Assembly: GCA_964016885.1 (NCBI GenBank)
Contig: OZ024741.1
Span: 139,314,001-139,378,000 of the forward strand
Length of the DNA: 64,000 nt
From: Eledone cirrhosa
Taxonomy: Eukaryota
Direction of reading: 5' to 3'
The notes beneath the pieces are model-generated. The model did no database searches and was not told the origin of the DNA. It saw only the letters and a list, made by a program, of their open reading frames with translations. Positions within the stretch are counted from its first letter, which is position 1; each line of letters begins with the position of its first letter. This document shows, in pieces, positions 41,355-56,486 of the stretch. A program made the translations under genes and the position numbers.

Positions 41355-43504
41355 AATTACATTATGTGTGTATCGTGCTCTGTGTAGTGTATATGATATT
41401 CTTTATACTCTTATTTCTTTACCGTCACATTAAGGGAGGCAAGGTTATATCTGTTTGTATTTGTATCGATTTCAGTGTAAGGAGATGAAAATGACTGTGC
41501 AATACGGTGACAGATCGATGCTTCCTATTATGTAGTTCAATCGATATTTCTCCCAGCTAGACTTATTTTTTCAATCAAACCTTAGAACTACGAACCCATA
41601 TAATTTGGCCAATCCATCATACAATTTTTTTTCAAATGCATTTTGTAATATCCTTTTGATTTTTTACCAATTTCTCTACTCAATTTCAATTACTCTGAAG
41701 TGTGACATTTGAAACCAATATGTGTGCGTTTGTTTATATTTATGTGTGTGTGTTTGCACGTGTGTGCGTTTGCAAGTGTGTGTGTATGTGTGTTTGACAA
41801 TCTATTACGTCATTATATTTTGCATTCTTTTAAGGGATTTAATCGATCTTTTCGCCAGCAGTTCTGGTATCTGTTTTACGGATCACTTTTTTGTCGAACT
41901 GATATGATACGTGAAATAAAAAAGCAGTAAATATAAACACAGGCATTCATAATTTAAATCATTTAAGAGGCTGAATCTGCGTAAGCTCGCCTGTTTCTGT
42001 CTATATTTCACTCAAAATACATTAGTAAAATAGGGGCTATATATTTGAGACTTGCCCGTGTTATTACTCACCTGGACTGAACCAGAAATAACGATACAAC
42101 CATGCATGTTCCAGACAAAAACAATCATTGCTATGATATATACTAACATTTCCGTTCATTCATCTAATATATGTGCGCCAAAAAACATTTGAGGTATTTT
42201 TCTTCAAACTTAGTTTTGCTTTAAAAAAAGTTCCTTTGCGTTTTTTGTTTACCTTAAATTTTGCTTATATTTATTTATTTCTTGTGTTAGATTTAGTTAT
42301 TAATCTGTGAATGTACCAGTGTACGACATTCAAATATACATTTGCATTATTACGTGACATGATGTCAAAATGGCAGAACCATGCATGATGGTAACAAAAC
42401 AGCCCAAACACATATTCTACTTATATAAATGGCTGGATATTGCTACTGTGAAGATATTCTAAAATAGATAACATTAACTCGCAGTCATCCTTGTAACACA
42501 GCAATATTAAAACGCACGGATGAAAAAATAAGGTAACATTATACATTATTCATTATTGACATAAACCGATTTCCACTCATAGCATATCAATTGTATTATA
42601 TATAGTTTCCAGCATTCCTTCGTGTTTTCTTTTCTGTCTCTCACATCAGTACAAATCCAATTAGAGAATATTAATGAACGGGGCTATTCTACTGAGGTTA
42701 ATTAATGTAAGACGTTAAATACTGAATAGTCAGCTTATACTATGAAACATTTTAGTTCTACTTTGCTGTTGCATATTGCAAAGATAAATGTGTGAATTAT
42801 ACAGTTCTTAGAATGGCGGATATAATGCTATGGGCTTGTATTCTGAGTTCAATTTTCTTGGAAGTCCACTTCTACATTCATAATTTCGGAGCTGATGAAT
42901 AAAGTACCAGTCCAATATTCCTCGTCTATATCATCGCAGAGTTTAAACGTTCAAGCATATCCCTATGTCATTACTGAACATCTGCGAATTGAATCAATCA
43001 GTAGTCTTGGGTAGATTAGACGATACTGCATGTGTAATTCTTTGTCATACATATATATGATTTGGTGTTATTAATTGTATTTGTGTGTTGTCCTTTTTGT
43101 TCATATTGTGTAGATAGTTCGTGTCTGTAATTCTAACGCTGTTAGAACAGACAAGAATTGAACATCCATTACTAAACTAGATGTATAATTCCATCAGCAA
43201 TCTAGATTTACTAGGGCATATTTCGCAGGCTGAGCGAATGATATTAGATCTCTCAGGGTGGGGGGATAATAAGCGACACTTAATATTCTGAACCGATGAA
43301 CGAAGGAAAAGTCTGCATTTCTTCCCTGTTATATGGGTGTTTGTGTGATTCCGGGCAGTGAAATTGCATTCCATGTAACACGTATTTCTTTGGTATAACA
43401 TTTCAGAATCTAAATATATCAAACATTAAACTACTGTATTGCCTTTTGTCTGCTCTGTTCTCCGTGTTGTTCTTCCTTGTTACCTTTTCTTCATATATAT
43501 ATAA

Positions 43505-43748
43505 ACAGTCGATCGACAAGGTCCCAAACCCAAGTGGGGTGGAGCTCATCCCATCGGACCGAGGAAACAATGTTTCCATTGGCCATTCTAATTGCTAATA
43601 CTATTTACCTGTTTTAAATACAGACAGAAGGAACAACGGGAAATAAAATGTGTTGCTCAACGACATAGCATCATTCACCGTTCCGAGAATCCAGATGACA
43701 AACTCACGATTGCGAATCCAATTCACTAACCTGTCAGCCACGTGCCTT
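43505..43748 (-). mobile_element. CORE-type SINE
   Basis: Similar to 33870-34090. Confidence 0.6.
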
Positions 43749-44769
43749 TATATATATATCCATATCCATATCCATGCCCCCATAAACGTATTCTTGTGTG
43801 AATAGAATAACTTATCCCATTGTAACCAAACTCATTTTGATTTACTGTTTTAGCATCTGATATTGTAAAGTCGATTTAGAAGGCTAAGGTAATCCAAGCA
43901 TTTAAATCCGTATTTTTGTCATTGGCATCATCTGGCTTCATACATTAACATCACCCTCAACATCCTCGCCTGACACCACAAATACCACGTTATCCTTCTA
44001 TCGCCATAAGCATTGTTACTATTTCATCATCAAGAGAATAATACCTTTCATCAAATCACTACACATCTCACTCATTGTCATTAAAATTGTAATTATTAAA
44101 TTTATAATCACTAGAGGCAACCATAACATACACCATCGTCGTCGTCATCACCTTTATTATTTGCTACAGCTTTTAATATATAGCCTTAGTTCTTCAACGC
44201 AAAAGCATACATATACATATACATAAAAGCATTCATATACGTAAACAACATACATATAGATATATATATCCATACACACACACATATTAATCCATACATG
44301 CATTCACATATCCACACACACATGCACATGCACACTCGCGTGCATATATACACACATGCACATATAGACAGATTCACATGTACACATACAAATAAATATA
44401 GAAAATTCTTATCATGATCTGTGCAAGATATCAGTTTAATATTCATGCAGAATTTTATTTATGAACTAATAAAGTTTCATATTCACTTGCCTATGTGTTT
44501 TATGTTGATTTAACTGAGACAGTATTAACATAATAGAAATAAGCTAAAACACATGCTACCCACCACGGAGAGACCTGAGAAAACAATGAAAGATAGAGCT
44601 GCGATATATGATAAGTAAAAATATTCGCATATACAAATATCGAGGAATATATATAGATAATATCTTATATATTATTCACACACGTAATTTGTACATATTT
44701 ACATTTTAATTAAATGCGTAACCACCACATACGTACCAGTATATATGTATGGGTATCTTTCTCTCACTT

Positions 44770-44906
<137 letters not shown>

Positions 44907-44988
44907 AGAGAGAGATAGATAGATAGATAGATAGATTGATAGATATAGATATATATATTTACAAGTATATATATATGTATATAAAATT

Positions 44989-45096
<108 letters not shown>

Positions 45097-45398
45097 ATGG
45101 TAGCTAAGATGCTTCGATAGGCGGTATGCCGGTTGACCACTCTATGCTCTTACAGAGCAGAGTATGATATAATATAAAACGAAAAATCAGTGTTGCATCT
45201 GAACTCAATATATTGTGTGTTACAATTGTTTCGCCGACAGACAGCTCGAAACACGATCATTGTCTGGATGTGTCTGATTCATATATATATGTATATGTAT
45301 ATTCTTTTACTTTTTTACCTGGTCCAGAAATCCGGCTGAGACCCTGTTGGGGCTGCATGTCCTTATGTTTTCATCCAAGCATATCATGTCAGTGTGGA

Positions 45399-45443
<45 letters not shown>

Positions 45444-45554
45444 GAGAGAGAGAGAGAGAAATGTCCATACATAGGTACTGGTATGTATATATATATGTGT
45501 CTGCGTGTGTGTGTGTGTGTATGTATATATATGACTAGTGTAGTTTTTATGTAC

Positions 45555-45686
45555 ACACTAGCCTGGTCTTGGGGATTCAGTGGGATCAGTTGGAGGCAGT
45601 TGCTCCTGACAGGACACGCTGGAAAGATATTTCCAGGAATCTGCCTCCATTGCTCTTATAGGAAAAAGTTGTCGAAGAAGAAGTAG
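45555..45686 (+). mobile_element. RTE-clade LINE extreme 3' end
   Basis: GIQWDQLEAVAPDRTRWK then (GAA)n tail. Confidence 0.55.
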
Positions 45687-46184
45687 AGCTTTAGGTCATG
45701 ACCATAAACCTAATGTACTTCCGAAAATCTATTGTTTCCGAACTCAAATCTTTTATCCAGATTTGCATCCTTCGCTCGAGGTGTGAATCGTTTGAAGTGC
45801 CCAAGCTATGGTTGTATTAGTGGAAGTATTACCCATTAAAATTGAGGATGCCTTGTATGCACTGGCATGATGTGTCTCACTATCGACCAGCCCGTACGCA
45901 GGATAGCCATCCGTATTCACCGATATTTTCTGTATAACATAGCGTACCATACGTGATATCTTAACTAAATCCACCTGTATATACAGGGCGTTTCAAAAAT
46001 TTAGATATCATTTAAGATATAAATATTCCAGAAAATATAACTTCAATGACAACGAGATTAAACAGGCTTAATGTTCAGCAACATTTGTTACTCAAATTTT
46101 GTCAAAATAGCACTATTTCACAAGATATAGTGGATATATACATCTCAAATAATATATATATATATATATTTGGAAGACATTATC

Positions 46185-46375
46185 TTTGGATTGGGAGTAT
46201 CGGTAGAGGGTCAGACACCATGCCTTGCAGCATAGAGTTACGGCCCTTTATGGTCTGAGTTCAAATCCCACCGAGGTTAACTTTGCCTTTCATCCTGACG
46301 GGGTCGATAAAATAAAGTACCAGTAATACACTGGGATAATTGCTGGCCTTGTGTCAAAAGTAGAAACAATTATCT
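46185..46375 (+). mobile_element. tRNA-derived SINE
   Basis: B box gagttcaaatcc and same core/tail as 21535. Confidence 0.85.
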
Positions 46376-47817
46376 TGTACACATATAGCATTCGATTATA
46401 AGTGTCATCTCGCTGAATAATCGGAGATGCTTGACATGACCTGGAAGATAATTTTACCCAGCAGGGTGATGCATATTCATAATACCAGAAATATGATGTT
46501 TACTTTCTTTTGTTTCCATTTAACATCAGAACAGCGATTTAATACTATAAATAATTTTAATACATTGGATTATATAATATACCACCACACTGACATTTCT
46601 CTGTATTCCTACCCTTCCGTAACTGATCTTGTCTCAGGCAAATGTGTACATATTGGATTACACATATTACGACAATTTGTTACGGGCATGTTGTCATTTT
46701 TCCAGTCTTAACAAAATGCAGTTGATTCCATCTATATCCTGTTAAAAACCAGAATTTGTGTAAATATGCTATTGTTTCGTGTTACATAACCCAGCCTAAT
46801 ATTCATATTTGATAGACATAACTAATTAATGTTTAAAGATATAGAATGGGAGACATATTCTATTTAGTTACCTCTACATTTCTTATGTGAAAGATACGGG
46901 TTTCGAGAGTGATATTAAGCTGAGATACGATTTCATAACCGTATTTCTCGTATTTAAAATGATGTTTGTTTTGAAGTGTTGAATTTGCAATGTCATGAGG
47001 GATTACCTGCCCTGGTTTCTAATTCGGCACAATGCCCTCGGAGTTCAAGTGGTGTAAGGCGCTTTCAATAATTGGATGTAATGCTATGTAGGGTATAATC
47101 GGAATTTCACGTATTCTGAGTTCAAATCCCACCTCATTATACAAAGGCTTGCGACCATCATATAACACTAGCAATAAAACGAACGTTAGAAATTTACATT
47201 TTTTTCCTTTGATCTAACGATCGTATCATTTCCTTTAAATATATATATATATTCAAGGTATGTTGGACCATCAGATATTATTAGCTACGAAAACACCAAT
47301 GAAAACAGGTTCTTTGATCTGATTTGATGAATTCATAAAAATCGATGTGATTTTGTTTACGTTCTTAGGTAATGGATTACTTGTGTAACGATATATCACT
47401 CATTTATAATTACTGTCATTATACTTTTCAAAAGTTAATTGAGCGTGACAACAAAAATAAAACCATCATCACCACCAATAATATAACTTGCTTAAGGCAT
47501 TAATGATCGTTAAATCATCCTCTCTTCTTCAACTAAGGTCATGTATGTTTGTATGTTTATTTCATTAAGGTTTAATTTTGTAATGAATGGTGCTAGGAAT
47601 TGTTTACATATGAAGCAAGCCAAACTCTAATCATTGAAGGATAATCAATTGAAAGTAAATGTCAACATACTTTGCGTATGGATTTAATGCGGACCATATT
47701 CTAAGTTTGAATAACACTAATAGAAACTTAACGGCAGGGACATTTCTAATTACATACCGATTTGTATTTCTTCTTTGTACTATCAGCAACGTATTGTGGG
47801 ATGGGGGCATATTAAAA

Positions 47818-47920
47818 TAATTGTTTCTACATTTGGCACAAGGCCAGCAATTACCCAGTGCATTACTTGTACTTTTTTTATCGACCCTTTAAAGATGAAA
47901 GGCAAAGTTAACCTCGGTTG
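47818..47920 (-). mobile_element. SINE 3' half
   Basis: aattgtttctac..ggcacaaggccagcaa..tcgaccc..gatgaaaggcaaagttaacctcgg. Confidence 0.8.
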
Positions 47921-48627
47921 GGGGAAGGGGGTCAAATTAAAATAATATTAGTAATAATAATAATAATTATTAGCAATATTGTTATTATTATATACAAGGA
48001 ATAACGAGTGTGTGTACTATAGCTGTACAACGTGCAAAGAATGTCGTACCAGCAAGTCATAACATGTATCTTTGATGACAGAGGGAATACAAAACAGAGA
48101 GAATCCTTCAAAACAACCTATTTGAGATCTTAATTGTGCCCATGGATAGGCGGGAATTTCAGCATGTTAAAAATAACATTCCAGAAGATCACAAATCTAT
48201 GCTTTACAGAAAATGTAACATTTACACTGACTGAAAAAATGCAATTTCAAGAATATACTCAATGCTACCAAATATCATCAACATAATCCGAGTTGCCATC
48301 GGCGCATTGGGTTCGATAACATTAAAACTGCGAGTGCATATTGAGTAAATAGACTTTGAATCAGAACTTCCTTTTCTACAAATGATAGCACCCTCGGGCA
48401 CTGCATATAAACTCAGGTACGATCTAAGTTGCTCGTTATAATATCCAGTAATTATATTGAATGTGTGAACATTCAATAATTATGGGTTCTGATTTTAGGT
48501 ATAATATCTGATATTGCATCACACACACGGTTATCAGACACGTAGAGGTATATAGTAGCCGTCAAAGAGGTGTCGACATAATCGACTTTCCTCTTCTACA
48601 AATTGCTGGCATTGATCCAATGTTAGA

Positions 48628-48628
48628 C

Positions 48629-48659
<31 letters not shown>

Positions 48660-48686
48660 CACTACTACAACAACAACAACAACAGC

Positions 48687-48763
<77 letters not shown>

Positions 48764-48780
48764 CGACAACTACTACTACT
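48628..48780. repeat. (CTA)n-(CAA)n compound microsatellite
   Basis: Direct reading. Confidence 0.95.
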
Positions 48781-48794
48781 AATATTAATAATAA

Positions 48795-49210
48795 TAATTG
48801 TTTCTACTTTAGGCACAAGGCCAGCAAATACCCAGTGCATTACTGGTACTTTATTTTATCGACCCCGTAAGGATGAAAGGCAAAGTCAACCTCGGCGGGA
48901 TTTGAACTCAGATCGTAAAGGGACGTAACTATGCTGGAAAGCATGACGTTCGACACTCTACCGATACTGCCAATCCACCGCCCTTTTTACTAATAATAAT
49001 AATAATAATAATTGTTTCTACTATTGGCACACGGCCAGCAATTGACTAGTACATTACTGGTACTTTATTTTATCGACCCCGTAAGGATGAAAGGCAAAGT
49101 TAACCTCGGCGGGATTAACTTTGCCTTTTATCCTTACGGGGTCGATAAAATAAAGTACCAGTAATGTACTGAGTAATTGCTGGCCTTGCGCCAAAATGAG
49201 GAAACAATTA
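48795..49210 (-). mobile_element. Full SINE followed by a head-to-head pair of SINE 3' halves
   Basis: 48795-48985 full minus copy; 49010-~49103 inverted against ~49115-49210. Confidence 0.85.
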
Positions 49211-49362
49211 TTATTATTATTAATATTATTAATATATTTGTTTGACACGCAGTGTTGATGGAAATCGCACCGTCGTGGAAGTAATTTTTGTTAGTACGTT
49301 TATTTTGGTGCGGTAGTGGTCATTGTTTGTTCGCAAATGGTGATGCATATATATATATACTC

Positions 49363-49485
<123 letters not shown>

Positions 49486-49607
49486 GTGAGATTTTTTTAC
49501 AAAATGAAAAATAACCGAGGTGTCCAACACGAGTGAAAGTATGAAGAAAAAAAGATGAAATCGAAAATGCAACAGGAGTCTTATTTAATATATATATATA
49601 TATATAT

Positions 49608-49688
49608 TTGGTTCCATTACCGGTTTCGCTGTTCTTCTGCTTTTCAAAAGTAGAGTTAAGATGGAGGGTCTGTGGTTTTTCCACATCA

Positions 49689-49690
<2 letters not shown>
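49608..49690 (-). mobile_element. Isolated PLE terminus consisting of a degenerate HHR (35880-35968 family)
   Basis: Minus: cat-TGATGTG..gc-GAAA-ccg-GTA-atgg; (TA)n both sides. Confidence 0.65.
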
Positions 49691-49762
<72 letters not shown>

Positions 49763-49794
49763 AGATCAAAAGATGGTTAAAGGAGTTCAATATA

Positions 49795-49861
49795 TTTTAT
49801 TATGCGCATTTCAAAAACAAACATCATCAAACAATAATATTTGTGTTTTCATCAGATAAAA
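49795..49861 (-). ncRNA. Type I hammerhead ribozyme
   Basis: Minus: ttttat-CTGATGA-aaacac...gttttt-GAAA-tgcgc-ATA-ataaaa; ATGCGCAT palindrome; ~35 nt from (TA)n. Confidence 0.8.
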
Positions 49862-50062
49862 CAGGAGAACATGATATGAAGGCTAAAAAAACACTTGTTG
49901 ATAGTGCAGTTTTAAATCAACATATGAAAAGTGGTTTTAGATTGATGTGTGATATTGGGAAAAATATTTTATTTAGAGAGGGGGGGGAGAGAAAAGGATG
50001 AAAAGGGAAGGAGATGAGAGGGAGAGATGGGTGATAGAGAGAAAGAGATAAAACTCACCTCC

Positions 50063-50106
<44 letters not shown>

Positions 50107-50137
50107 TATACACATATATATATATATATATATATAC

Positions 50138-50192
<55 letters not shown>

Positions 50193-50255
50193 TATACATA
50201 TATATATATATACATATATATACATATATATATATACATATATATATATACACAC

Positions 50256-50288
<33 letters not shown>

Positions 50289-50289
50289 G

Positions 50290-50818
50290 ATTTTGAGTTT
50301 ATGTTGGTTGTATACCAACACCTCAGTATGCAGGCTGGAGCACTCGACGAAGTGCGCAGGTTGGTTTGGTTACTCCGGAGTAGTGTAAAATAAAGTTAAA
50401 TAAAAGTCAAATGATTAAAATTTAGCTTCGTTTATTACTGCTATATATATTTCAGTGACAGCCATCATTGGCTGTGACCTCTTCAGGCAGTTTGAATTAG
50501 TATGGTATAGACAAGTACACATGTTGTTTAGGTGTATGATATTGTCAATACTCTGATATGCCCAGTTCCTTGCTGGGTTGTTAATTCACTGGGGAACTGG
50601 AGTCATATGACTCCAGTTCCCCAGTGAATTAACAACCCAGCAAGGAACTGGGCATATCAGAGTATTGACAATATCATACACCTAAACAACATGTGTACTT
50701 GTCTATACCATACTAATTCAAACTGCCTGAAGAGGTCACAGCCAATGATGGCTGTCACTGAAATATATATAGCAGTAATAAACGAAGCTAAATTTTAATC
50801 ATTTGACTTTTATTTAAC
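50290..50818. mobile_element. Zero-spacer 424-bp palindrome (50395-50818) plus ~100 nt tail, in (TA)n
   Basis: Axis agtcat|atgact at 50606/50607; no arm mismatches seen. Confidence 0.92.
50722..50776 (+). ncRNA. Type I hammerhead ribozyme (mirror copy 50437-50491 minus)
   Basis: actgc-CTGAAGA-ggtcacagcca-atga-tggctgtcact-GAAA-tatat-ATA-gcagt. Confidence 0.88.
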
Positions 50819-50822
50819 CATA

Positions 50823-50854
<32 letters not shown>

Positions 50855-50912
50855 CATATATATATATACATATATATACATATATATATTTATATATATA
50901 TATATATATACG

Positions 50913-50959
<47 letters not shown>

Positions 50960-50999
50960 ATATACATATATATATACATATACATTTATAATAAATTGG

Positions 51000-51104
51000 A
51001 GTTTAACTGCTGGTGCGTGTGTTTCTTATTGGCAACATGACCCTCCCAAAGTATATCAATATCTGTTTCAACACACCTTTTCGGATAAACAAATTCAGAA
51101 ACGA

Positions 51105-51105
<1 letters not shown>
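51000..51105 (+). mobile_element. Diverged 3' terminus related to the 1617-4127 PLE
   Basis: atgaccctcccaaagtata.caatat.tgtttc.acacac matches 4047-4086; (TA)n both sides. Confidence 0.65.
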
Positions 51106-51136
<31 letters not shown>

Positions 51137-51742
51137 CACATTTATATACATATATATATATATATATATAAATATATATATATAAATATATATACATATA
51201 TTGTTTTGTTTATATATATATATATAAACAATCCTACCTATTGTTCTAACAAGGACTAACGCGTTATTACCATATTTCCCTGTTAGCTTCATTATACATT
51301 TAGCAACCATTTAAATTTCGATATATTCTACTGATCGCCTGTATATATGTCCATTACTGTCAGGGTTATGCTTTCAGTATCATTTCACAATCTACATAAG
51401 ATAGCTTAGATAAATATATCAATTGCTGTGGACACATGAACAAAAATACATTTCTTGGCTATCAGGTCAATATCGTTAATAGGGTTTTACCACTGATCAA
51501 TTATTCCATATACGTTTTCTATAGTTCTACATTTATTTGTCTGTATTGGTCCAGTCACTTCAGTATCATTTTTTTCTTTGCCTTCATACATATGTTGTTA
51601 TTTATTATATTTTCTCCTTTGAAACTATCTGTAGCGTTACACGCATAACATATTCTCTTTAACGTCTGCTCTTTATACTTGAACCGTCTGCTGATTTTGT
51701 ATTAGATCGACTGTTCTCTCTCTCTCATACACACACACTCTC

Positions 51743-51789
<47 letters not shown>

Positions 51790-51929
51790 CTTCGTCTACC
51801 CTTTTTTCCATAAAACTTCTACTTAAAAGCTAAAAGAGAATCATTACTGTTATAAAGCTCAAACGGTTTAGGCATATACATACACATACATATGCACATA
51901 CACATACCCACACATTGGCACATACACAT

Positions 51930-51960
<31 letters not shown>

Positions 51961-52267
51961 CATATTCACCACTGATGTCTCTCTTGTAATCAGATTCTCT
52001 TTGTTATGTATATATTAAACTTCGGCAAGTTTTGAGCAGTCAATTCATACTTCGCACGTAAACATTATGCATGAATGAAACATTAAAAAAGGTGTTTCCT
52101 TATATATTGTTCACAAATACGTCTCTATTATACTCTCTGCATCTATCAAGCTCTATCCCATCCTTATATATTTCTCTTTAGTTTATACTCCCTAGCCCTT
52201 TTCCTACCCCTCTCTACCTCTCTAAACCACACTCTCTCCTCGATGAATTCATTTCCTTGTTTTTGTC

Positions 52268-52389
<122 letters not shown>

Positions 52390-53734
52390 GTGTGTGTATC
52401 TATGTTGAATTTGTTCTGATACTTCCATATACTAACCTAATGCAAGTTCATCATCACCATCACTCAGAATTATTAGTTAGTAAAATATTAAAAGTTACTC
52501 ACATTATTTGGCCAGATGATTTGGCTGTTCCAATACACACGCACCTTTTCTGAAAAACTTTGTTTATGTTCCCTCCTCTTATCAAACTCTATCTTTCTAT
52601 TTCATATTTTATATCTCCTATCTTCTGACGAAGGACTATTGTCGAAAACAAAAACTCTTTTCCTAATACATCCACAGTTAAACTAATATATTTCTTCCTT
52701 TTACTCTTTGCTTTGTAGTTTCCGTTTACTTTTAACACATATATATGATATGACGTGTCAAGATTATGGCCTGAACCAAATTATAGTACTATAAATAATC
52801 TCTCAGCACAGCTGTTTTATTTTAAAATGTTTATATTTATATAGAAATATTCTATTATAATTCTATGTTACCAGCTTAATAATATAAGAAGATTAGATAT
52901 ATCACTAAAGCCTCTAAAGTTTTGATTATTTTCAAAATTATTTGAAAATCATATGTAATGTATTGCGTTAGAATTATGGTAACGAAAGAGTTAAACGGCT
53001 TCTGAAATAAACAGTTGTGGTATAGTCTACTGAGAAAAATACTTAACCTCGTCCACAACACGAAGTTCATTAGTATTGCCATCAGGTAGAAAAAAACCTA
53101 CACACTTCTAAACAAATAGTTAGGCTTGAGCTACCACAGTTGTAGCGATAACATTAACCTCTAGCACTACTCATATCACTGCCATCATATCAGTGTAAAA
53201 TCGAAAAATCGATAATAATAATAATGATAAGAGGAGATTCTGTCAGAAACAAAAATATTGAATGTTTTAATATTATGACTCGATCAGAAAGAAGTTGGAG
53301 CAAACATGAAATTATAATTGATTATTTCGGTCAACACACACCACCACCACCACCACCAGTCTCACAATTACATCGTATATATATGATCATATATATATTA
53401 TCGTATATATATATGATCTAATGTACATACGGGTTGGATAGAAGGAAAAAGTGACACCGGTGGGGTTTCAATGCAGAACGTACCAAGACGCAAACTACAA
53501 TATATAATCTTATTTAGAGAACGTCACTCAGGGATTAAAAAAAAAAAAATAATAATGCTTCAACTTTTGTGGAAGTGTGATTAGTCGATTAAATCGAACT
53601 CAATACTCTAGTAGTACTCTATTATATTAATCTCGGCGTAATGAGAAGAAAATTTGAATGTAAAGAGTGTAAAGACAAAACAAGTCTGTCTGACAACTTA
53701 AACCTCTCTATCATTCCTTCAGGTAATGATAATA

Positions 53735-54100
53735 ATAATTGTTTCTACTTCTGGCACAAGGCCAGCAATTATACCAGTACATTACGGGTACTTTATTTTA
53801 TCGACCCCGTAAGGATGAAAGGCAAAGTAAACCTCGGCGGGAATTGAACTCAAATCGTAAAGGGACTTAACTATGCTGGAAAGCATATCCAACCCTCTAC
53901 CGATACTGCCAATTCACCGCCCTTTATAATCACTAATAATAATGACGTCACTAATAATAATGCCGATTTCTGATTGAGGCACGAGCCAACAATTTTGTGG
54001 TGAGGGGAAGGTCGATTAAATCGATCATGGTATATTACTGGTGCTTTATTTATCAACCCTGCAAGAATGAAAGACAAAGCTAACCTCAGCGGGATATGCA
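53735..54100 (-). mobile_element. Two adjacent SINEs
   Basis: Same core as other copies at 53735-53925 and ~53960-54100. Confidence 0.8.
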
Positions 54101-54559
54101 CTCATTTAATAATAATATTAATTACTTCGTATTTTTAGCTATTAAGGGCAATTACATTCATTGTCATTCATGCGTACATTTATATGCAATGTTATGAGCT
54201 AGAAATGAAGATGAACTAAATAAAAAAATATATCAAATAGTTTCGTTAAGGGACAATATGTAAAACATAAAGATCATTTTAAGTGTGTCTAAAAATGTTG
54301 ACAATAAATATATAAAATTTATGCCCCCCCCCCCACACACACACACACGCAAAAAAAAACAATAAATAAAATCTTATTTTAAAATGCTAGAACAAAATCA
54401 TTTAGGTGTTCTACACTCAATTACTGAACGCTCTGTGGAAAGTTCATGTTAACATTTCCTGCTGAGGAACAGTTAAATGTCTTCACACTCCCTCATTAAT
54501 CTTCATTTATTGGTAATAAAATACGAGTATTGTTTTAGCCAACTCTGCTGTTTTATATC

Positions 54560-55400
54560 TTAGGGACCTCCAGCATATTTGGTTTGTGTTACTTTAAGCC
54601 ATTTGGAACTATTCCTGCGGTATTTCATCGTTTTTTGATGGACGGGATATTTTACGTCGTAAAATTCTTAATCATCATGATTGGCTTTAACTTAGGCTCG
54701 CATTTGTCCCTATGTTGGTATCTCACTCTTTTCTTTCCAGTGAATTTCCTGTAATCTCCCACCTCCTTTCTGAACCCATTATGGCAGGGATATGATGTAA
54801 TGCTGTTGGCTTGTAGACGGAGAGCATCTGTTCATCAACATCATGAACTGAAGACGAACAAAACGTTGGGTAGTAGCTCTTTACACATTTGGACGTTTAC
54901 TTGCAACCTCTTCAATTTCTTCATCAGTATCAGCGTCTGAGACAAATAATTGTTTCTACTTTAGCCACAAGACCAGCAATTACCCAGTGCATTACTTATA
55001 CTTTATGTTATCGACCCCGTAAGGATGAAAGGTAAAGTCAACCTCGGCGGGATTTGAACTCATATCGTAAAGGGATGTAACTATGCTGGAAAGTTTGGCG
55101 TCCGACCCTCTACCGATACTGCCAATCCATAATAAGACTATCTTCTCCACTCATTCCGATGTCTGGACCAGAACGACTGTTGCAACGCTAATCTTTTGGT
55201 TTTGTGTTTGTCGACGTTCTATTTTCTAGTCCATGTCCAAGGCTCAGTAAGCATTGGCCTGTTCTTTGCTGTTAGGCACTACTAGATCATTCTCTATGGT
55301 TTAGTTTCTCCATCCGCGACGGTAGATATATCCAGAATGACCCTGTATGTGAAGGACCATATGGACTTGCATGTCGAAACGGAATCAAATCAATCTTATG
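54560..55400 (-). mobile_element. Highly decayed LINE apurinic-endonuclease remnant interrupted by a SINE (54945-55130)
   Basis: SINE is clear; flanks give only weak RTE-like residues such as DADTDEEIEE. Confidence 0.4.
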
Positions 55401-56486
55401 TCATATTGTAACCACCACAGCGATTATGACAAGACCAATAATTGTAAAATTACTTTTGCCTCGATAGATTGTTATCATGATGGCGATGTTAAAAATGACG
55501 ATAAGGTGATGGTCTGATGATGATATTGCTCTTGCTGCTGATGATGGAGAAGATGATATGGAAAGAAAAACGTTAGCAATACTTCGTTTATACAATGACA
55601 AGGTATTCAGGTCTGTTACCAGTACTAGAGACAAAGATGCCTCTAGCCAATAGTTAATACAAAAATGAATAAGTAAACAAGATCAGGAGGCAAATAGATA
55701 AATACTGACATTATAGAATTGAATAATATTGACGTAACGTTGTCGATAATGGAAATGTTAAGAAGAAACAATGATACATTATATAATACAACAGCAACCA
55801 CAACTTAGAGAAACATCTATTTGAGAAATAACTTTTGGTAATATATAAATAGAACAGTATTGGAGACAGCATACATTTATAACTTTATGTAAAGTGCTGA
55901 CAAGTACAAAACGAGACTAGTGTCTCGAGAATATAAATGACAACATAATCTTGACAATTCTATAAAGCAATTGCTGAAATGTGATAAAGCTTCTAATATG
56001 ATGTGCTACAAAAGGGCTAAATCACTACCGTATAACAGTGAACATTCTATTAATGCTACTTCCGCCCATAAAAGCAACTGTATAACCCAATTATTCATAC
56101 ATATCCTCTTAACGTGTGAAAGTCGTATAACCATCGTCATGATATGTATCGAGTCTCCGGTATTCTAAACCCAGTGGCTGTTCATTAATTTCACCACGAA
56201 TAATCTGTTGTCCTGTCACGTATCTCAGACGACTTGTTCTTTCATCACGTTGCTGTCATAAAGAGGAAAACGCAGCTCTTACTATTAGCTCACATTTTCT
56301 TTTCAGCACTTCATTTAGATTGTTTGGTTTTGTTTCCAGGGATCAGTTATAATTTTTGCTACGCATATTTTGACTTAAATGTGATTAAATGCATCTAAAT
56401 ATACAGAATTGTCTTCCGTTTAGTTTTGAGATGATGTTCTGTTAAAAGACGTGTTCACTCTAATGGAATGCTAAATCAGGTTTTAA

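Noticed and set aside
46185-46375. tRNA genes suggested by B-box motifs
   Set aside because: Heads of multi-copy SINEs; no cloverleaf
48620-48928. Poly-Q or poly-C ORF
   Set aside because: (CAA)n microsatellite running into a SINE; no exon context
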